Position numbers and translations under genes: made by a program | Source: the human T2T-CHM13v2.0 reference genome, Homo sapiens | Length of the DNA stretch: 64,000 nucleotides | Direction: 5' to 3' (one strand) | NCBI RefSeq assembly: GCF_009914755.1 | Contig: NC_060945.1 | Notes under the pieces: generated by a model | Databases searched by the model: none | The model's input: the letters and a program-made list of their open reading frames with translations, nothing else | What the model was told of the DNA's origin: nothing | Shown here: positions 52,670 through 64,000 of the stretch, in pieces | Numbering within the stretch: position 1 is the first letter of the stretch | Layout of the letters: every line of letters starts with the position of its first letter

Positions 52670-53179
52670 TGTAATGCCCAACCTTGTTTTTCCTTTATTC
52701 ACCTAGCCTTGCTTCTCCCTTAGCTGAGAGAGTCACACAAACTCCATCTTGGCTCTTTCACCGGCAGCCCCTTCCTCAAGGACTTAACTTGTGCAAGCTG
52801 ACTCCCAGCACATCCAAGAATGCAGTTAACTGATAAGATACTGTGGCGAGCTAGATCCGCAGTTCCCAGGAATTTGTCCGAATGATAACGCCCGAAGCCC
52901 CGCGTCTATCACCTTGTAATAGTCTTAAAGCCCCTGCACCTGGAACTGTTTACTTTCCTGTAACCATTTGTCCTTTTAACTTTTTGACTACTTAACTTCT
53001 GTAAAATTGTTCTAACTAGACCCCCCTCCCCTTCCTAAACCAAGATGTAAAAGTTAATCAAGCCCCTTCCTCGGGGCCAAGAGAATTTTGAGCGTTAGCT
53101 GTCTCTTGGTTGCCAGCTAATAGAGGACTCCTAATTCATCTCAAAGTGTGGCGTTTTTCTAACTCGCTCAGGTACAACA
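52670..53179 (+). mobile_element. LTR6A-like (HERV-S71 group) solo LTR
   Basis: TGTAATGCCCAACCTTGTTTT...CTCAAAGTGTGGCGTTTTTCTAACTCGCTCAGGTACAACA; 4-bp TSD TCCG/TCCC. Confidence 0.85.
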
Positions 53180-54568
53180 TCCCCACATGCCCTGCCCCCG
53201 CTTTGTATGCACACAGCACACACCTGTGCACATACAAACATCTGCTTTCACACATGGACACACTCACTGAGGTGAAGAGGCACACTCAGGCACACACACA
53301 CTCACATTTGGTACATGCAGCTCCTGAGGGGCAAGGCTGAGCTCCTTCTCAGGAACGGACACAAGACTGAGGGCTGGGTCACTCAGATACTTTGCCCCTC
53401 GGGCCCCACGGATTGATTTAGGGGTGAACTGTGAATCCCTGGGAGATTCCTTCCTGCCACGCATTCCTGCTGATGGGAAACAAAGCGGTCTTTGAGGGAT
53501 GCTGGAGGAGGCAGCAGTTTGTGATAAAGAGCTGTGAGAGGAGAAGCCCCTTTGCCACCTGCCCTCCTTTGTGCATTGGATGTTGTCCTCAATGGACGTG
53601 ATGCCTGGAGTCCCTGCAGCCATCTTGCCTCCATGGGGCAAGCCAGGAAAACCTCACCGACTTAATGGCTTCCCTCCAGCCTTTCCAAAGCCTTGCTCTG
53701 GTCTCAGAGAGTTAGGAATTCTGTCACTTAAGGCCCAGAGCATCCTGCTGCTCCCTTCACTCCAGAACCAGAGCCACACGGCTAACAGGCAAAGGGTCAG
53801 GAACATAGCCCGTGTTTTCTGCTCTCGGCACTTGGTCATTCTGCATAGAATTTGGCTCCAAGGCCTGGCCTGACACCTTCGCACCAAGGTGCCGTAAATG
53901 AAACCTTTACTCCTGAGACTTCCTCACCTCTGCGTTCCCAGGGATCCACAATCTTCTATTTGTAAAATGATTCCCGGTTGTCATGGAGACCAGGGCACCG
54001 CAGTGGAGCTGGAATGTTAGGTGGGGTCCAAGGTTCAGTCCTGGGGGTAGGGAGTGGGGCAGGCAGCTTCACTGGGCCCTTTATCTGCCTGATTCTCATC
54101 TTTCTTACACAATAGTCTACTCATTATTCCTTCCCTAAGGGCCAGGACACAGGCCTGCCTGGGGTTACAGTCCCTGTCTTTACAAGTCCTCTCCTTCTGG
54201 CTCTTGGGCGTGCCTGAGCTCAAAGGAGCCTCCAAGCAAACTTGGCAGGGGGTGTCCCCCAGGGCAGAGGTGGGGCTGGCTCAGCACCCCCAGAAACCAC
54301 AAGGTGGGGGCGGAGGATCCTGCACCTGACCTTCACCTTCGTGTGGATTAGATCAGAGCAGAAGTTCTATTTCTGGAACTGTCAGACCTGCTGACCTCCA
54401 GTCAATGGCAGAGGCAGGAAGGCAGGCAGAAATACAAGATGCAGCTCTTGTTACACCTCCTGCACAGACCAACCTAGTCTCGGCTCCACACAGCCACTCA
54501 CTCTTTCACTCAACACGTGTTTCCGAGCATCTTCTATGTGCCTTTTCTCTATCATCAGATGGGGGCCC

Positions 54569-55110
54569 CTGCGGTGGGCAGAATAACGGCCACTGCAAAG
54601 ATGCCAAATCTTATCCCCAGAGCTTCCGCAGAGATCCTGCAGATGTGATTCGAGTCTTCCAGCAACACCACCTCACTCTGCTTTGCACAATCACTCCACC
54701 TCCCCACATGTTGCGGAGATTCTCCTGGGTCAGTCGGGGGGTCCAGTGTCATCCTAGGGTCCTTATGAGAGGGAGGAAGGGAGGCGGAGGAGGAGATGCA
54801 AGGATGAAGCGAAGGTTGGAGTGATGTGGTCTGCTGCGGGGACCCTGAGGCGTGCAGGCGGCCTCTGGAAGCTGAAAAGACAGGAAGGCAGCTTCTCCCC
54901 TGAGCCTCCAGAAGAACCCGGCCCTGCTGACACTGGCCCAGGAGCCCCTTCCCCCATCAGGGCCTGGAGAGGGAAGAAATGACTGTTCACAGATTTTACC
55001 CCGCAAGACCCATTTCAGCATTCTGATTTTGAGAACCATAAGACAGTGTGTGTTGTTTAAGCCTCCAAGTCTGTGGATATTCATTACAGCAGCCTTGGGA
55101 AACTGACACC
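54569..55110 (+). mobile_element. MLT1D-like LTR carrying a foreign 57-bp insert
   Basis: GGGCAGAATAACGGCC...GCAGATGTGATT...GCAGGCGGCCTCTGGAAGCTGAAAA...TTACAGCAGC. Confidence 0.85.
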
Positions 55111-56102
55111 ACCTCCCCCTAATCCTCCCTCCCGCCCCCACCTACACCTGAACCCTCCCCTTGCTCTTCTCTGCCGATTCACAGGGATTCACACTCTTCC
55201 TACTTGCAGCTGTGACACGGGAAACATCCTCCACCAGGTCTTCTCTCACAGTGTGGCCTCTGCGCACAGGTTATCCACCTGTAGACCTGGACGGGACCCT
55301 CGAGGCTCCCTACTCTGACCATCTGGTTTTATAGTTGAGGAACCAGAAGCCGAGGCAGGTAACTTGGTGCAGCCTAAAGGCCTCCATCCCTCCAGTGCCC
55401 ACAACTTAGGTGCCCACGACAACAACACTGGCCTACCGCAAAGACCCAGCCCAGAGGAACAAGGTGCCACTGTATGTCTGAAAAGGGGGCCCTCGGCCTC
55501 ACTGGGGAGCACCTTCCTCCATCAGGGTCTCGACGGTGAAGAAGCAGGCTGTTTCCATCTTCAGGATACAAGCCATCTGCGCATAGGAAGAGGGTCCAGA
55601 GGCTCATCTGGAATCCCTCCTCACTCACTGGACGGAGGACCTGACCCCGTTCCCATCATTGGTTCTGAATCCATCAGCCCAGCAAGACAGGTGTCTCCAG
55701 CAAGTTCTGTAAAATACAACCATAGCCGGGCCTGGAGTCAGCCCCCAATAAAGGGTTCACCATGGAGTCAAAGCTTCCTTCACATTGGGAAGAGCCTGAT
55801 GATGCCGCCTTGGTGCCACCCGTGCAGGCCGTGTTCCACTTCTGTCATGGGCTGGAGAGAAAAGAGCGACATGGACCTGTTCATGAAAGGCTCTTCCCGC
55901 AACACCAAGCCTGGGGCCTGCAGGGCCGCCATGAAGAAAGGTGGCTCCTGCTTGGCAGAGAGAAAAGGGGAGGGAGGGCAGGTGAGTCACCAGCATTGGG
56001 CCCCTCAGCCCAGGCTGCCAAGGCAGCCCAGTGGAACCTGTCCCCATACAGCATGTTTTTAGTTTGAATGGTTTTACAGTGTTGGAGCTGTAACTTTACA
56101 AA

Positions 56103-57379
<1,277 letters not shown>

Positions 57380-57602
57380 ACTTCCAATCCATCAGGAAGC
57401 CATGGGACAGAGCGGCAAGAACCTCAGCGTCAGAGCCCAGGGTCTCTACCCTGGCTCTGCCCCCTTGGGTGTCATTCAGCCTCTTTGCCGCAGGGTCTCC
57501 AAAGTCTCTGCCTGCAAAATGTGCACAGAATATCTCCTGTGTGTGGCCATAACCACAGTTCACAGAGATAATGTCCTTTGCCCTGCATGAGATTAACCCT
57601 CA

Positions 57603-57986
<384 letters not shown>

Positions 57987-58257
57987 TCAGGGCGACCCTC
58001 CCTGTGAGGACAAGGTCAAGAACATCAGATCCTGGAGGTTGCAGGCTGCCCACTTGCAGACCTGGAAGCAGAGGAGGAGCACAGGCTCCCAGGGACACTC
58101 AGAGGGGGTCCTGGAGGGAGTCTTTCTGCAGGATGGGGGTGAGGGGGCTCCTCAAAGCCTCCCTACTTTGACGGATGGCATCTGTCGAGGGAGCTGCTAC
58201 ATCCACAGCCAAACAGCAGGGAACAGGACAGTGTGGGGGCTACGTTTCAGCAGCAAT

Positions 58258-59052
58258 GATTTTTTTTATTTTTTGGTAACAGCTTTATTGAGATATAATT
58301 CATCCACCATAGTAACCACGTAAAGTGTCCAATTCAATGGCTTTTACAATATTCAGTAGTGCAACTATCAACATGGTCAATTTTACTACACTTTTATCAC
58401 CTCAAAAGAAAGCCCATATACTTCAGCTAGCACCCCACAGTTCCTCCATGTCCCACCAGCCTCTGGCAACCATCAGTCTTCTTTCAGTCTCTATGGATCT
58501 GCCTATCTGGGTCATTTTCTATACACGGAATCATATCATCGGTGATCTTTGTGTCTGGCTTCTGTCACTGAGCACAGTGTTTTCAAGGTTCATCTACATT
58601 GTAGTGTGTGTCAGTGCTTTGTTCCTGGCTGAGTAATACTCCACTGTATGGATGGGCCACATTTATGTATCCCTCCCTCAGTTGGTGGACACTTAGGTTA
58701 TTTCCACCTTTTGGCTATTAGAAATAGGAATGCTATGAACATTCACATGCAAGTCTTTGTGTGGACATATGCTTTCATTTCTCTTGGGTATAAACCCAGG
58801 AATGGAACGGCTGGGTCATGTGGCAATTCTATGCTTAACTTAGTTGGGAGACAGGCACTGCAATCATTTTACATTTTCATGGATAGCATCCAAGGGCTCC
58901 AATTTCTCCACATCTTCTCCAGCTCTTGCTATTGTCTGACTTTTTGATTATAGACAGCACAGTGGGTGTGAGATGGCATCTCATTGTGGTTTTGATTTGC
59001 ATTTCCCTAACAACTAACAACGGTGAGCATCTTTTAATGAGCTTGTTGGCCG
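58258..59052 (-). mobile_element. L1MB-like 3' end
   Basis: ACAGCTTTATTGAGATATAATTCA...CTCATTGTGGTTTTGATTTGCATTTCCCTAA. Confidence 0.92.
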
Positions 59053-59625
59053 AGAAAGCTGCAATGATTTTGAACACAGTCAGGTAAACTTGGAGGCAAC
59101 AGGGTGTTGGGGTAACGGCTGAAACCCTGGAGGCAGGAGGCCTGGCTTTCCGTGTTTGTTCCAGCACTTAGCTGGTGGGTGATCTGAGTCAATAATGACT
59201 TTCTGAGCTTCCTGGTGAGGAAAGCCAGAAAAATAACACTAAACCCCCGGAGTGTCGAGGTGAACTTTTCCTCTTACTCATAATGTAGGTCTAGTACCTG
59301 GTACCAAAAAGTTGCTTCCTAAGTAGCTATTGCTGTTTATTGTGAAGCAAATGAGGTTTAGAAGCGCTGGCAGTGACGAGGCTTATGTCCCAGTTTTCAG
59401 CAACTGCTCAGGTTGCTTCAGAAAGATCCCAAATCACAGACACCTGTACTCACTTTCTGTTGCTACATAACAAGTTACCCCAAATATTGCCGCCTGCAAC
59501 GCCCATTGATTGGCTCACAGTTCTGCAGCCCAGCAGGGCTGGATTCTCCACTCAGGGTTCTTTGAGGGTAGAATTCGGATGTCGGCCCAGCTGCATTCTT
59601 GTTGAGAGGCTCTGCAGAGAGTCCA

Positions 59626-60436
<811 letters not shown>

Positions 60437-61633
60437 TAGGGAAGAGGTGTCCGGGGACACACCCTCCCTGGTTGCCTATGCAGATACACAGGGAAGTACA
60501 ACCTCAAGGTAAAGTGCCTTCTCCTATGGGGTTTAAGGCAAGGACATCACACCTGGACGGTGAGGCCAGGAGGCTTCCTGGAGAAAGGCAGCAGCCAGGC
60601 AGAGGAGGGCAGGGCTTCAAGCCAGGCAGGATGCCCCAGGAGGAGGGGTTCAGTGTGCAAGTCGGGCCATGGAAGACGTGGGGGCTGGGATGGGGGTCAA
60701 GGAGGGGGATGAGAGATAGGGCTGGAGACAGGGTTGCTGCAGGTAGAGGAGCTGAGAGAGGCCGGACGGAGGGAGGCCTGGAGACCTCGAGCCTCTTAGA
60801 GCCCTCCCCAGGGAGAATGAAAGCAGGGGTCAGGGCTCAGATTCAAGGGAGACTTGGAGCAGAACCCAGTGCTTGGCTGGATATGGGGAGGGCGTGAAGA
60901 GAAGGAAGGCTGCCCCAGACTCAGGGGGACACCAGGGACTCCCAAAGGGACACGGAGAGCAGAGCCCGTGGCGTGGGTTGAAGGACAGATGGTGTGTCCT
61001 ACACATGCTGCCTGTTGCTTTGACACCCCCCCACTTCCCCCCGCACACACACACTCCCACTTCCGGCATCCAAGGGGCAGGCCTGGCCTGGAGGAAGGAT
61101 GGATGGACGCGCGGCTCTGGAATGGCACAGTGTGGGGAGTTGGGGGGAAAAGAAGAGGCACTGAAGTAGCAGGCACACAATCAGCAGCTCGCTGAGATTT
61201 TAGGAAAGAGAAAAACAACCCCACCCCACCCCAGCTGCTCTAATAGGGTGAATTCACATTAAGACCCCAAAGTCCATAAGATAGGATCTGCCCTCAGCTT
61301 AACTGCAGGCATGGAGGCTCTGAGCCTGGGCTCTGGGTCTGACCGCCCAGGTAGGAACCTGGCCTCCGCCTTGAAGCCTCTGCTCTGAGGAAGGTGCGCG
61401 GCCTCCCCGACCCTCAGCCTCCTCATCGGAGTGCAGGGGTGAGAATTCCCACATCTGGGCCTTGCTTCGTAGGAGAGGGTGAAGAGGCAGGTTCGAAGTC
61501 TGAGGACCAGGCTCAGCTGAAAGCCTTGCTCAAGAGGCTCGGTAGGATGAGCGTGAGAAGGCTCGCGGCTCCACACCCCAAGCATACTCGCTGCCCTGTG
61601 TGGACTTCTCAGTGCTGCAGGCAGGTTGGGGTC

Positions 61634-62313
<680 letters not shown>

Positions 62314-63107
62314 GGAGCCTTAGGGGAAAGAGACGGCTGATGCCTGCCCTGCTAGGTACCTTCTCCCCCAGTGTTTCCTCCACCTTCATGAGGATCCCCA
62401 TCCTTCTCTTGCCTTGTGGGACAGTCCTGGCTGACTAATCACATTAATAGGAAAATGCTGAGTTCTCTCAGGGCAGTAAACAGACATCTTTGACCAATGG
62501 CTAACAGGACTTGAGCTGGTCCTGCCAGCCAGATGTGTGCCACACTGTCTACCCGAAAACTCGCCCAATCCTCCCAGCACTCTTCTGCAGCCAGCACTGT
62601 CCTCGCTCCATCCTGTGGAAAAGACTGAGGCTGGGAGAGGCTTGGCACTGCCAGGTTCCCGAGCCTGGCCACTGTGGAGTGGTTTTGACCAGGTCCAAAT
62701 CCGTGCCCTTGTCCCTGACCCAACTCCGTGCCCTTGTCCCTGGCCCCTCGCTCCTGGCCCAGCACTCACAGTGGAGCCTGCAGCCCCTGCATGCAGGTCT
62801 GGGTCTCCTGGGATTCTGTGACCCTCATAGCACTCCCCTAAGTCCCTGGCCAGTGGTGCACCAACACGCAACAGGAGACTTGCCACTGTGAGGAGCATCC
62901 CTCCTCGTTCCCTCCCGCTGTGTGCAGCTTTGCAGGTGACAGAGCACGCTGTCTCTGTCAGGCAGGGAAGGAAACTCTCTGCTAGTGGGGTACAGTTCAA
63001 CCTGGGGAATATACTTATTGAGGGAAAATCCAAATTCCAGAGAATTTAAAAATAAATTTTATTATTTTCTAATAACCAAGCATTACTAGGGAAATGCGAT
63101 ATAAGTA

Positions 63108-63626
<519 letters not shown>

Positions 63627-64000
63627 GCAGCTTTCCCCGCCTGATGAAACTTGGGAGTTGCTGCCGCCCTCTGCCACAAGGTTGGCCGTGTCTTCCCCTG
63701 CCGCTCGCAGCTACACACGGTGCACGAGGCAAAGCAGCGGCCAGACGCCCTCTGAGCGTGATGGCGGGCAGGTGCCCCCACCAGAGAGCCCCAAGCCTGA
63801 GCACTATTCCTGTCCCTTCTAACTCTGCTGGGAGCCCCATCTTGCCTCCGGCGTCAGCCCCACCCCCCTCAGCTCAGCCTCAGCACCCCTGCAGCGGGGG
63901 AATCACAGCCGACTCCTTGAGGTCCCTCCCGGCAACGGTGCCCACTGCCCACTCTGCAGGGGACAGAGTGGAAGCCCCAAGAGGGACGAGAGGCTACAAG

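Noticed and set aside
55364-56062. 232-aa ORF
   Set aside because: Non-ATG start, Pro/Ser/Gly composition typical of non-coding GC-rich DNA, no recognisable homology

Overview
Primate (very probably human) non-coding DNA. It carries about 20 Alu copies, many MaLR LTRs (THE1/MST/MLT1), MLT2, ERV1-type solo LTRs (LTR6-like, MER34-like), L1M and MIR fragments, and DNA-transposon fossils (Blackjack, Charlie4-like, Ricksha, MER5A, MER46C, MER53, MER58). It also holds several micro- and minisatellites. No credible protein-coding gene, tRNA or rRNA is visible: the long ORFs are repeat-derived or GC-rich chance frames. The window looks like a GC-rich intergenic or intronic enhancer/lncRNA region; I cannot identify the locus from sequence alone. 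Main observations: (1) an old MLT1H LTR at 17.2-17.4 kb carries a dense promoter-like motif set, followed by a G-run short intron, a classical Alu-exon configuration and a candidate exon at 26.5 kb, together a candidate TE-built lncRNA; (2) a 57-bp templated insertion at 54654-54710 preserves the empty pre-integration site of the LTR6 solo LTR 2 kb upstream; (3) two VNTRs associated with one L1 copy multiply nuclear-receptor half-sites and HIF-core motifs. Repeat family names come from my recall of consensus sequences, not from a RepeatMasker run. Coordinates and counts were read by hand, so element ends may be off by some bases.
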